From Octopus bimaculoides (lineage: Eukaryota), in the NCBI RefSeq assembly GCF_001194135.2, contig NC_068997.1:52963996-53026768 (forward strand): DNA of 62,773 nucleotides. Reading direction: 5' to 3'. A model generated the notes under the pieces. The model had not been told where the DNA came from. It searched no databases and worked only from the letters and a program-made list of their open reading frames with translations. A program made the translations under genes and the position numbers. The stretch's first letter is position 1. Every line of letters begins with the position of its first letter. Below, one piece after another: positions 25,713 through 36,944 of this stretch.

Positions 25713-26587
25713 TGGTTTCCTGTTAAGAAAAATAGGAAAGTATGTTAATATCTTAACAATTTTTCGAATTTCACTGAAGAGTATGTTGTTCATCTCCATT
25801 TTGGATAAACACAATGTCTCGTTGAAATATAGCAATATTGAGCGACAAGAAAATACATCTACTTAAAATTGGTGAGATTAGTTTCCGTGTTAGTCTGATG
25901 TAGGCGTTATGTACTTGTAAGCTATACGATACGATCAGCAAAAAAAAGATAAGAGTTGTACTTGGAAAGTGACTAATATTCTAAATATCAAAGTAATAGG
26001 TTTGTCCTTTCTGATCTTGCATCAGGAAATAATGGCAACAAAAATAACATCGCAATAACGAAAGTCAAAGGATCGTTGATATTACGAAGATCAAGGTTAA
26101 AGAGGTTAAATGTTTTTGAAATATTTCTATCTATTAATGTAAATGGCAGTGTGTCTTTTCTCGGTTTGTCCGTCTCTTGTGAAAAATTTGTTCAGATGTT
26201 TCTGGATTTATTGCCCGCGGTTACGATATACTAACTACAGAGCTACCTGCAATAAGACAGATAATGTTGGGAATAGTAATTTGCCTCAATAGGTAATATC
26301 AACTAACGCTACTTGTATATTTTATTGCAGGTTAAACAGTATTATTGGTATTGATAATATAATTTTATTGTAAATTTCCAAACGAGAAACTTATTTTACT
26401 TGAATTTAATATTTATTTTGAAAATTACTATTAATTTCTTTACTTCTTATAAAACCTTATAATTACAATAATATAAAGCTAGAATTATTGTACTTGTGTG
26501 ACACTATCTGATGTTACTTGCAGTAGCTAAATTATAGTTCGAAGGTTACCCATCACTTGACGGTCTATACGTTAGTCTATAATATTG

Positions 26588-26805
26588 TTTCTAATATATG
26601 CGCAAAGCCTGAAATTTGGGGTAGGGGACAAGTCTGTGAATCGACCCTAGTACTTTGACTAGGTATTTTATTTTATCGATCCCAAAAGGATAAAACGTAA
26701 GGTTGGCCCCGGCAGCATTTAAAAAATTGAGAACGTAAAGAGCCAAGCGAAAGGCTGTTTAGCATTTTGTGCGATGCACCAACGATTCTGCCTGCTTACT
26801 GCCTT
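26588..26805 (-). mobile_element. SINE family A, diverged
   Basis: aaagcctgaaatttgggg...tcgaccctagtac...ttttatcgatcccaaaaggataaaacg...aacgattctgcctgcttactgcctt. Confidence 0.8.
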
Positions 26806-27904
26806 ACTCTCACAGAAATATCAAAATTCAAATCTGTAATATTTCTGAGGAATTTGTGAACGGTCATTGCAATAGGAAATCTCATTTGTACGGATGCCCA
26901 ACAGCATCATTATTTCTTTTCTGCCCGTCTTGTATTCACTCCTTAAAAATTCCAAATGCTGAATGAAAAAAAAAAAACCGATACAAATATAAACAACAAC
27001 AAAAACAAAAGAAAGAAAGCACACCCCGCTCCAACCTGCACACGACCATCACCTCCCCACCATGGGATTCTGGTACCTTTATCGCAGATGTTGCTATCGT
27101 TTGCATTCTCGTTCACTAGCTCATACCATCATCACCACCACACCGCCACCACCACACCGCCACCACCACCACCACCACCAACATTGGTGCCACCAACGTC
27201 ACCACCACAACCGTCTACACCGCTACCACCACCACCACCANNNNNNNNNNNNNNNNNNNNNNNNNNNNNNNNNNNNNNNNNNNNNNNNNNNNNNNNNNNN
27301 NNNNNNNNNNNNNNNNNNNNNNNNNNNNNNNNNNNNNNNNNNNNNNNNNNNNNNNNNNNNNNNNNNNNNNNNNNNNNNNNNNNNNNNNNNNNNNNNNNNN
27401 NNNNNNNNNNNNNNNNNNNNNNNNNNNNNNNNNNNNNNNNNNNNNNNNNNNNNNNNNNNNNNNNNNNNNNNNNNNNNNNNNNNNNNNNNNNNNNNNNNNN
27501 NNNNNNNNNNNNNNNNNNNNNNNNNNNNNNNNNNNNNNNNNNNNNNNNNNNNNNNNNNNNNNNNNNNNNNNNNNNNNNNNNNNNNNNNNNNNNNNNNNNN
27601 NNNNNNNNNNNNNNNNNNNNNNNNNNNNNNNNNNNNNNNNNNNNNNNNNNNNNNNNNNNNNNNNNNNNNNNNNNNNNNNNNNNNNNNNNNNNNNNNNNNN
27701 NNNNNNNNNNNNNNNNNNNNNNNNNNNNNNNNNNNNNNNNNNNNNNNNNNNNNNNNNNNNNNNNNNNNNNNNNNNNNNNNNNNNNNNNNNNNNNNNNNNN
27801 NNNNNNNNNNNNNNNNNNNNNNNNNNNNNNNNNNNNNNNNNNNNNNNNNNNNNNNNNNNNNNNNNNNNNNNNNNNNNNNNNNNNNNNNNNNNNNNNNNNN
27901 NNNN

Positions 27905-27953
<49 letters not shown>

Positions 27954-28530
27954 AACACACATACATATTATATGTGATGTGTGTGTGTGTTGTATTGTGT
28001 TGTGTGTGCATGTATGTGTATGTGTGTGTGTATGTGCAACAGCTACGAAATTTTCTCCAGGCACCCTACGGCCAAACATTCTACAAGAGACACTTGAAAA
28101 TCAATTTAGTTTATAAGTATATCGTCCATTTATTTCCTTGTTTACTAATATAGATTCACACATACACACACATATATAAATATATACATATACACTTACA
28201 TACATGCATATATATATATATATTTATATAAGTAGATGTAACTGTATATGTGTATGTGTGTATGCTTATAATGTATTTTAGAGTTTCTTTATATATTTTA
28301 CACGTATGTTTTTTTATCCGATAGTTTTTTACTCGTTTCTAACAGGTTTTTTTGGGGGGATATTTTTCTTCTGCTTTCTTTTCTTTTCTCCGTTTATTCC
28401 TTGATAACTTGTGTTCTATTTTTGTTTTGTATTCTCTTATTCCTGTAAACTAATGTTCTTATTCTCCTGTTCGTCCATAGTTATGTGCCTATTCGAACAT
28501 CTTTAGTTTGTTAATGTGATTTGAGTAGCT

Positions 28531-28581
<51 letters not shown>

Positions 28582-29063
28582 ACATTCATACACATTTGTA
28601 GATATACATACGTATACGCATACCTACATATATACATACATATACAGATATTTATGTATACACACACACATACACACACACACACACACACACATGTCTA
28701 TACACACATACCTGGTAGAAATTGACTCAGTAATGAATGCGTTCATTTATTCAATGTATACATACACACACACACACACGCACACACACACATTTATATG
28801 TGTACATACCTATTATACGTACGTATTACACGTATTGACGTACATACATTGGTGTATACATATACTTACACATGCATAATTCTTATATACATACATACGT
28901 ACAATAAGATAACCATACATAAATACGTACATATAACACTTCCATACACAAATTCATTCATACGTATATACACACAAGCGTAGACACACACACACACACA
29001 CACTCGCACGCACACACACACATACGCACACACACATATATATATGTAAACGTTCAAATCTAT

Positions 29064-29306
29064 TCTTTTATTCTTTCATTCTTTTATTTGTTTCAGTTGT
29101 TTAACTGCGGCCATGCTGGAGCACCGCCTTTAGTCGAGCAAATTGATCCCAGGACTTATTCTTTCGTAAGCCTAGTACTTATTCTATCCGTCTCTTTTGC
29201 CGAACCGCTAAGTTACGGGGAAGTAAACAAACCAGCATTGGTTGTTAAGCGATGGCGGGGGTACAAACACAGACACACAAACACAAAGACACATATACAT
29301 ACATAC

Positions 29307-29337
<31 letters not shown>
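29064..29337 (-). mobile_element. SINE family B, 3' half, running into (TA)n and a gap
   Basis: actgcggccatgctggagcaccgcctttagtcgagcaaattgatcccaggacttattc. Confidence 0.9.
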
Positions 29338-30399
29338 NNNNNNNNNNNNNNNNNNNNNNNNNNNNNNNNNNNNNNNNNNNNNNNNNNNNNNNNNNNNNNN
29401 NNNNNNNNNNNNNNNNNNNNNNNNNNNNNNNNNNNNNNNNNNNNNNNNNNNNNNNNNNNNNNNNNNNNNNNNNNNNNNNNNNNNNNNNNNNNNNNNNNNN
29501 NNNNNNNNNNNNNNNNNNNNNNNNNNNNNNNNNNNNNNNNNNNNNNNNNNNNNNNNNNNNNNNNNNNNNNNNNNNNNNNNNNNNNNNNNNNNNNNNNNNN
29601 NNNNNNNNNNNNNNNNNNNNNNNNNNNNNNNNNNNNNNNNNNNNNNNNNNNNNNNNNNNNNNNNNNNNNNNNNNNNNNNNNNNNNNNNNNNNNNNNNNNN
29701 NNNNNNNNNNNNNNNNNNNNNNNNNNNNNNNNNNNNNNNNNNNNNNNNNNNNNNNNNNNNNNNNNNNNNNNNNNNNNNNNNNNNNNNNNNNNNNNNNNNN
29801 NNNNNNNNNNNNNNNNNNNNNNNNNNNNNNNNNNNNNNNNNNNNNNNNNNNNNNNNNNNNNNNNNNNNNNNNNNNNNNNNNNNNNNNNNNNNNNNNNNNN
29901 NNNNNNNNNNNNNNNNNNNNNNNNNNNNNNNNNNNNNNNNNNNNNNNNNNNNNNNNNNNNNNNNNNNNNNNNNNNNNNNNNNNNNNNNNNNNNNNNNNNN
30001 NNNNNNNNNNNNNNNNNNNNNNNNNNNNNNNNNNNNNNNNNNNNNNNNNNNNNNNNNNNNNNNNNNNNNNNNNNNNNNNNNNNNNNNNNNNNNNNNNNNN
30101 NNNNNNNNNNNNNNNNNNNNNNNNNNNNNNNNNNNNNNNNNNNNNNNNNNNNNNNNNNNNNNNAGTTGTAAGACCTTCTCTTTATAAATGTTCTGAAATC
30201 TTTCACAGCCATTGATTTCTATCTCATTCTGAAAATTTTTTTACATATACGCATGTTAATATATGACCTACGTTGGACTCCCCATTCGCATAATCGCCGA
30301 ACCTGGAGCTTAAGTATGGTCTGTCCATAGCACTTACTCAGCATTACCTGACACCTTTGGGTCTTCTTGACACCATTACCTCTCATAACCTATATATAT

Positions 30400-30560
30400 A
30401 CACGACGGGTTTCTTTCAGTTTCCGTCTACCAAATCCACTCACAAGGTTTGGTCAGTCCGTGGTTGTAGAAGAAGACACTTGCCCAAGGTGCCACGCAGT
30501 GAGACTGAACCCGGATCCATGTGGTTGGTAAGCAAGCTACTTACCACACAGCCACTCCTA
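30400..30560 (-). mobile_element. SINE family B, 5' half
   Basis: acgacgggtttctttcagtttccgtctacc...cttgcccaaggtgccacgcagtgagactgaacccgg...accacacagccactcc. Confidence 0.9.
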
Positions 30561-30704
30561 TTGCATATATACTTACACATGCTGACGTACATACATATAC
30601 AGAAATTCTTACGTGCATAGATAGGTGCGTATATACGAATATGCGTACATAAATATACATACATATATACAGAAGTTCTTACGTGCATTCACACATTAAA
30701 ATAG

Positions 30705-30953
30705 GGAACACTTCCCGTTCCATATGCTTATAAGAAACGTTTCCCCCGCATTCTGCGAAGCACACATTCCCCACCCCGGGTAGACAACGGCGATCTATTG
30801 CAGGGTTAGTTATTTTGTCTGCTGAGTGGACAGGAACCACGAGAATTGTATTGTTTGGCTCAAGAGTACAACACATCACCCGGTCAGGAATCGAAACTGC
30901 AATCTTACTATCATGAGTCTAACGCCCTAACCATTAAGCAACGTACCTCCACA
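30705..30953 (-). mobile_element. tRNA-derived SINE, family C type (CORE/V-like block)
   Basis: Reverse complement begins tgtggaggtacgttgcttaatggttagggcg...gtttcgattcctgaccgg, then tcttgagccaaac...ccactcagc. Confidence 0.7.
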
Positions 30954-31144
30954 TAGTCATACCTATTTACTTAGAGGACTGGAGGTATTAACCACAAACG
31001 TTGCCATTTGTAAACGAAGTCCCAAACATAAAACCGAACTACTCTAACGCAAAACTAACATAAGATCCAATTAGTTCTATAAAGTAACTGTCACCCCAGC
31101 ATCGAAAAAAAACCCCTCCAAAAACAATCAGTCTCTAGAATCAC

Positions 31145-31194
<50 letters not shown>

Positions 31195-31544
31195 TTCATG
31201 TAACATAGTCGTTTACTCGTATAACTGGTCATCTTTTCTAATCGAATTACGCACTTAACGAGGTCGAAAGTGTTGATCGTTCAGTCAACAACACACCAAA
31301 TGATCTCAGCAGATATTTAGCAAACATTGGAAGCTGATAGAGGTCTGCCGTTAAAATTTGCCCTAAAAACCGCCCCAAGAAGGGAAATCTCTTGGTCATT
31401 ATCAATTAGTTGGCTGTTTAAATGTCGAAAATATCGATTATTCAACTTTCTCTCCGACTGATCATTTCGTTAGTGTTTCGTGTTGACCAATCATCATAAG
31501 TAGAACTAATTTGGTATCCGACCAACGAACGAGACAGAATCTAA

Positions 31545-31626
31545 TGTGTGCTATCTCGAATGGTCTGCATGCTAGAAATAACAGCTAAAGATTTCTCGCT
31601 AATCCTCACAGCCGACAGTTTGTACC

Positions 31627-31663
<37 letters not shown>

Positions 31664-31665
31664 AA
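31545..31665 (+). mobile_element. Family D fragment with (CAA)n tail
   Basis: gctagaaataacagctaaagatttctcgctaatcctcacagcc followed by (caa)n. Confidence 0.5.
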
Positions 31666-31736
31666 ACAACAACTACTACTACTGCTGCTGCTGCTGCCGC
31701 CGCCACCACTCGGCGCGAATCATCATCATTCAAGTA

Positions 31737-31959
31737 CAGTAATGCCTCGACTATCGCAGGTGTTACGCTCCAAACGGCACCGCGATAGGTGAAAATCCGC
31801 GAAGTAGAAACAGTACTGTACTGTATATTTCTTTTTATTATTTTTATAATTTGTATATATTTATTTTATTATAAAAGCAAAACGACACCACAGAGGAATC
31901 GACGTAAACTTAAATAATAAACCGCGATAAGTGAACCGCGATATAGCGAAGGATTATTG
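31737..31959. mobile_element. Tc1/mariner-superfamily (Tigger/pogo-type) MITE, 223 bp
   Basis: TA|CAGTAATGCCTCGACTATCGC ... GCGATATAGCGAAGGATTATTG|TA: imperfect TIRs and TA target duplication. Confidence 0.85.
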
Positions 31960-32158
31960 TAATCCATTTCCAATATTCAGATGGCTTCCAGTCCTCCATG
32001 TCAGCTAACTTTTTCTTAACTACAACTTTAATCCTTATGCTCTCCAACGCCGTTGACTGTTCATCAATACATCAAGTTGTTCCTGAAAAAGAGACATAAC
32101 AAATCGTCAAATTTAGCCCGAACACCCCGCGTAATACATATATATATGTATTTATATG

Positions 32159-32192
<34 letters not shown>

Positions 32193-32387
32193 NNNNNNNN
32201 NNNNNNNNNNNNNNNNNNNNNNNNNNNNNNNNNNNNNNNNNNNNNNNNNNNNNNNNNNNNNNNNNNNNNNNNNNNNNNNNNNNNNNNNNNNNNNNNNNNN
32301 NNNNNNNNNNNNNNNNNNNNNNNNNNNNNNNNNNNNNNNNNNNNNNNNNNNNNNNNNNNNNNNNNNNNNNNNNNNNNNNNNNNNNNN

Positions 32388-32438
<51 letters not shown>

Positions 32439-32709
32439 TATATATGTACATAAAACAAAATGAACTTAACCATTGCAGCTCTAGATTTAGCTCGGTATAG
32501 CATCGATATATATCTTAATATAGCTACAAATATCAATATATACACTCGGAGGGGAAATAATTAAGTTGAGTCACAAGATCGAACCCGCTTCCTCTCCATT
32601 TCAAAGATGAAAGCATTTTTAACACCAAATCCTATTCCGAAGAATTCTAGACCACAATTTTACATACGCGTCCTCTCGCAGGATATTCGGTCTCGTTTCA
32701 TGTCACGCT

Positions 32710-32734
32710 GTTGCCAAGCAACCGATGACGTCAT
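32710..32734. promoter_or_regulatory. Candidate RFX X-box plus CRE module
   Basis: GTTGCCAAGCAAC (32710-32722) and palindromic ATGACGTCAT (32725-32734), 2 bp apart, in locally CpG-richer non-repeat sequence. Confidence 0.35.
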
Positions 32735-32904
32735 CTCTGTTAATAATGGCTGTTTATATACTCTAAGTTGCTTTCCGCAGTTTTGTCATGTTATTTATGC
32801 ACCTATATTTTTATTTTGCTTTGTGTTGCTACAGTTTTTATATTTTTCAATATTTGTTGTTACTGTTGTTGCTGTTGCTGGTGTTGTTGATATGGTTGCG
32901 TTTG

Positions 32905-33095
32905 TTGTTGTTTTTGTTGTTGTTGAGAGAATCTATGTTTAAAGTTTTCGAGATTGATTGGCCGTCCCGTCTTTTTAAGGACACCGAGGACTTCACTAGC
33001 TCATGTGACTTTCCCTTTAAAGCGGTAACAGAGGAATATGAAGGAATTCTGCTATTATTTCTAACACACTGGGCAACCGTACACAAGCTCTGGTA
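32905..33095 (-). mobile_element. Family D, near full-length copy
   Basis: Preceded by (GTT)n; ccgtcccgtcttttt and tattatttctaac blocks are reverse complements of blocks in the 165-410, 18595 and 31545 copies. Confidence 0.55.
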
Positions 33096-33164
33096 ATCAT
33101 GATTATTTTTACACAGCCTGCATTGTTGTTGCTGTTGTCGCTGTTAATATTACTATTGTCGGCG

Positions 33165-33380
33165 AAGGCGGCGTGCTGGCCGAGTCGTTAACATGCCGGG
33201 CGAAATGCTTAGCGATATTTCGTCAGTCTTTATGTTCTGATTTCAAATTCTGCCGATGTCAACTTTGCCTTACATCTTTTCGAGGTCGATAAATTAAGTA
33301 CCGGTTGTGTACTGCGGTCGATCTAATCGACTGACCCCCGCAAAAAAATTTCGGCCCTTGAGCCTAGAGTAGAAAAGAAT
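33165..33380 (+). mobile_element. SINE family A, first copy of a tandem pair
   Basis: aaggcggcgtgctggccgagtcgttaac...gatgtcaactttgcc...aaatttcggcccttgagcctagagtagaaaag. Confidence 0.9.
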
Positions 33381-33396
33381 ATTACTATTGTTGACG

Positions 33397-33614
33397 AAAG
33401 CGGTGACCTGGCAGACTCGGTTGCACGCCGGGCAAAACGCTTAGCTGTATTTCGCCCCTGCTTCACGTTCTGGGTTCAAATGACGCCGAGGCGGACTTTG
33501 CCTTTAATACTTTCGCCGTCGATAAAATAAATACCAGTTGAGTACTGGGGATTGATATAATCGATTTACCCGCTTCCCTGAAATTGCTGGTCTTGTGTCA
33601 AAATACGAAACCAG
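33397..33614 (+). mobile_element. SINE family A, second copy of the tandem pair
   Basis: aaagcggtgacctggcagactcgg...gaggcggactttgcc...gaaattgctggtcttgtgtcaaaatacgaaacc. Confidence 0.88.
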
Positions 33615-33894
33615 TATTACTGTTGTTGTTGATGATGTTTGTGCAGTTATGATTGTTTTTCGGTGTTGTTGTTGTTGTTTCTGATCGCTGTCGTTACTCT
33701 TTTATAATCAAATTCATTTTTTTTTTACATGACCCTTTTTGCTTGAGATGGTGGGCGATTTGGAGCAGATTTCTTTGCTCTCTTTGTAATACCTTGCATT
33801 GCAAACAAGAATATTTCAAACTTTTGTAAAACGCGGTTGGCTCAACATGTAATTGCTGGAATATAGAGTTTGGCTCATTAAAACGTAACTGCCC

Positions 33895-34212
33895 AAAGAA
33901 AAAGTTTATTTAGTATATAAACGAGCTACAAATCAACAAGATATGTAGAAATTATGGAACGCTCTTTCAAAAGTCACCTATAACATCACAGTAGTTAATT
34001 CTCTCAGCGCTAACAGAAGACCACAGCATTTTCAGAGCACATGTGGAAATTGAGAGAAACAAAAGAAAGATTACCAAAAATCTCATGAGAAGGCAATTAG
34101 GAATGCGACATCTGTCATGTTACCTCTACCTTGCCACCTACCGTAATCCTAAATATCAAGAACGAACTAATTTCGAATTGTGGACACAAGTCCAAATTTT
34201 TCCTCGCTGATG
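33895..34212 (+). pseudogene. Penelope-like element remnant (GIY-YIG domain and C-terminus)
   Basis: LVYK...TAFSEHMWKLRE...CDICH...ILNIKNELISNCGHKSKFFL matches PLE TALSKHIWELK...CNLC...LNKRSELISKCRHxNKFLL. Confidence 0.75.
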
Positions 34213-34465
34213 CGTGTCAGCCGATAGCCGACATGCAAGCTTGTCAGAGCCATTTTGTTCGTTTCTTTTCCAGTGTGTTGGCGTGTACGGCGATAGAACG
34301 ATGTACGTGATCGGGTAAAATTATATATTGGTTGTAATCTTCGTATTTCCCCTACATTTACTATCGCACATGTACGCATACGTCTGTTTGTCTGTACGTA
34401 TGTATGTTTGTATGTATGCATGCTTGTATGTATGTGTGCTGTGTATGTTTATGTATGTACGTTTG

Positions 34466-34529
<64 letters not shown>

Positions 34530-34532
34530 AAA

Positions 34533-34690
34533 ACTAGCATTCTGTCGGTTACGACGAGTGTTCCAATTGATTCAATCGACTGCACAGCCTCATCATGAAA
34601 TTAATGTGCAAGTGGCTGAGTACTCCACAGATACGTGTATCCTTTATGTAGTTATCAGGGAAATTCAGCATTACACACTGAATGCAACAA
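34533..34690 (-). mobile_element. SINE family C, 3' part
   Basis: tcggttacgacgagtgttccaattgatt...aaattaatgtgcaagtggctgagtactccacagatacgtgtatcc. Confidence 0.65.
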
Positions 34691-34924
34691 GTCTGGTCCT
34701 ATTTACAGACTTAGATCTATTAATACGTGTATATGCACCCCTCCCCACACAAATACACACGCGTACACACACGCATTATTAAAACGTCATAGTCCGATAC
34801 CATAGGTTTTGTACGAACATATTCGCAGTTTTTCATTTAGGATTTCAGTAATGGGTGACGACACCACCATTAAATTGGTGATGGTGTATATGCATATATA
34901 TTTAGGTCTGTGCCTCAGAATGTG

Positions 34925-34956
<32 letters not shown>

Positions 34957-35459
34957 TGTATGTATGTATGTATGCATGCATAGACTGAAAGAGACGAAGA
35001 AGAGCAAGCAGGAAGATATGACAAAAGTGTGTGCTGTTAGTGTTAGAGAGAAGGCGTAGAGATATGAAGGATAAAAAGGAAAAGGAACCAAGACTAGGGA
35101 CATTAGCAAAAATAACATGACCAACATCTAAAACAGCCGTACAACAACAACAACGACGACGACGACAACAACAACGTCTATAACAGTACCTTCAATAATA
35201 AAATAACAGTGTCCACTGTAGAAGATTCAACACACCGCCACCGTCAACACCACCACTACCAACAACAACAACCTCTACAACAGTAATTACAACCATAATA
35301 GCAGCAACAACAGAAACCGCCGCCGCCGCCAGCGCCACCACCACCACCACCACCATTACAACAACAGTTGTATTCAGCAACAAAGAATTGGCATAATTAT
35401 ATAGCTAAACTTTTTCAACACATTTCCAAACCGTCTGGGAGCCATGTTAGCTAAAACAT

Positions 35460-35478
35460 CACTGCCCTCTAGCGGCTT
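35460..35478 (-). promoter_or_regulatory. CTCF-like motif
   Basis: Minus strand AAGCCGCTAGAGGGCAGTG fits the CCGCNAGNGGGCAG core. Confidence 0.3.
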
Positions 35479-36407
35479 TCTTGAATAAATCTAAAACGAG
35501 AAGACAACTCTTATTTATTTTTTTCCCTTTTACTTTCCTAAAGATCCATCATCCACATGCAGATCTCTCTCTCTCTCTCGCTCTTCGAATCAGATCTCTC
35601 TCTCTCTCTCTTTCCATTTCTAAGTTTGTCTCTCTTCTTCCTTCGTTTTACTCTCTCACGCTTCATCTTTCTCTCTCTCTGAGACTCTTTTTCTTGTTAC
35701 GTCTTTCGCTATTCGTACCTATCTCATCCACCATCTCTCTCACTCACTCTACGTCTCTCTCACTACGTCCCCCCTATCTCTTGCACCTATCCTATTCGCA
35801 ATGCCCCCCCTCTCTCTATATCTGCACTTACTCTCGAATCGTTGTCACGCGCCATCTCTCTCTATGTCTCTCTCACTACATTCCACCTTCTCTTTGTATC
35901 TCCCTCTCATCCGTCATTCCTGTCTGTTTTTCTCTCTCTGCCTCTGACACCCCTCTCCCTCCCCCTCTCTCTGGTCTTTTCTGAGCGACCGATCTCACGT
36001 TTTTAAGCGAAACGGCATCAATTTAACAATACCACCAACAACAACAACGACAACAACATTATACAAACGTCCACGAGCGTTTCTTTCCTCTTGTTTCTTC
36101 GAAATTTCTTTCTCAATTTCATTCTTTATTTACGTTTAACATTTTGCGCTTTATTTTATTTTATTTTATTTTATTTTATTTCATTTCACTTATTTTATTT
36201 TCGGTGAAGTTCGATCCGTTATATCTGCCTCAAGATAGAATTTATTGATCGACATTTTTCGCTTACTTTCGTTCTCTTCCGTACATCCTCTCTCAATGTA
36301 TGCATGTATGTAGGTATGTATGGGTGGATTAATATACGTGCGTAAGTACCGATGTTTATATATATATGTGCCTATGTATGCACGTATGTTTGTATGAACT
36401 TATGCAT

Positions 36408-36454
<47 letters not shown>

Positions 36455-36464
36455 NNNNNNNNNN

Positions 36465-36680
36465 TCTGTCCAGCATTCACCATGATAGATCGCTGACCAC
36501 TACATTTATATTTTTTTTCTCCTTGCTTCTCTCCTTATTTCTTTCTGTGTTCTTTTCAGTTGAAGAGCGTTGGCTCGAAACGTCAAAGACTTTCTCTATT
36601 TCCGAGCGTTAAACTAATACATCCATTTGTTGTTTGCACCACCTGTCTTCGTCTGTTGTTTTTTTCGTAAATTCTCCCAT
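36465..36680 (+). mobile_element. Penelope-like terminal repeat fragment carrying a hammerhead-like motif
   Basis: Pyrimidine-rich leader, hammerhead-like motif at 36551-36589, then ttttccgagcgttaaactaatac...acctgtcttcgtc and (TA)n. Confidence 0.5.
36551..36589 (+). ncRNA. Variant minimal type I hammerhead ribozyme motif
   Basis: tctttt-CAGTTGA-a-GAGC-gttg-GCTC-GAAAC-GTC-aaaga: stem II, GAAA, palindromic ACGT stem III, GUC triplet and stem I are present; core differs from CUGANGA at two positions. Confidence 0.55.
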
Positions 36681-36900
36681 ATATATATATATATATATAT
36701 ATATAAATGGAACAAGAACGCAATAGAGGGCATTAAAAGGTTCGGACAGGCAGACGATACAAAGGCGGACAAGAGAAACAACAATTAAGAAGGACAGACA
36801 AAGAAAGACGGGTCATTCGTGGCTTTCTTTCATCAGTCAAGTACCAGAAGTCACAACCATTTCGGACAGTTACACGTGAGATGGTTCGATCTGTTTGTCC

Positions 36901-36944
<44 letters not shown>

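Noticed and set aside
32788-33096. ORF ending MFKVFEIDWPSRLFKDTEDF...HKLW with a donor-like gtaatc
   Set aside because: Overlaps a family D repeat copy end to end
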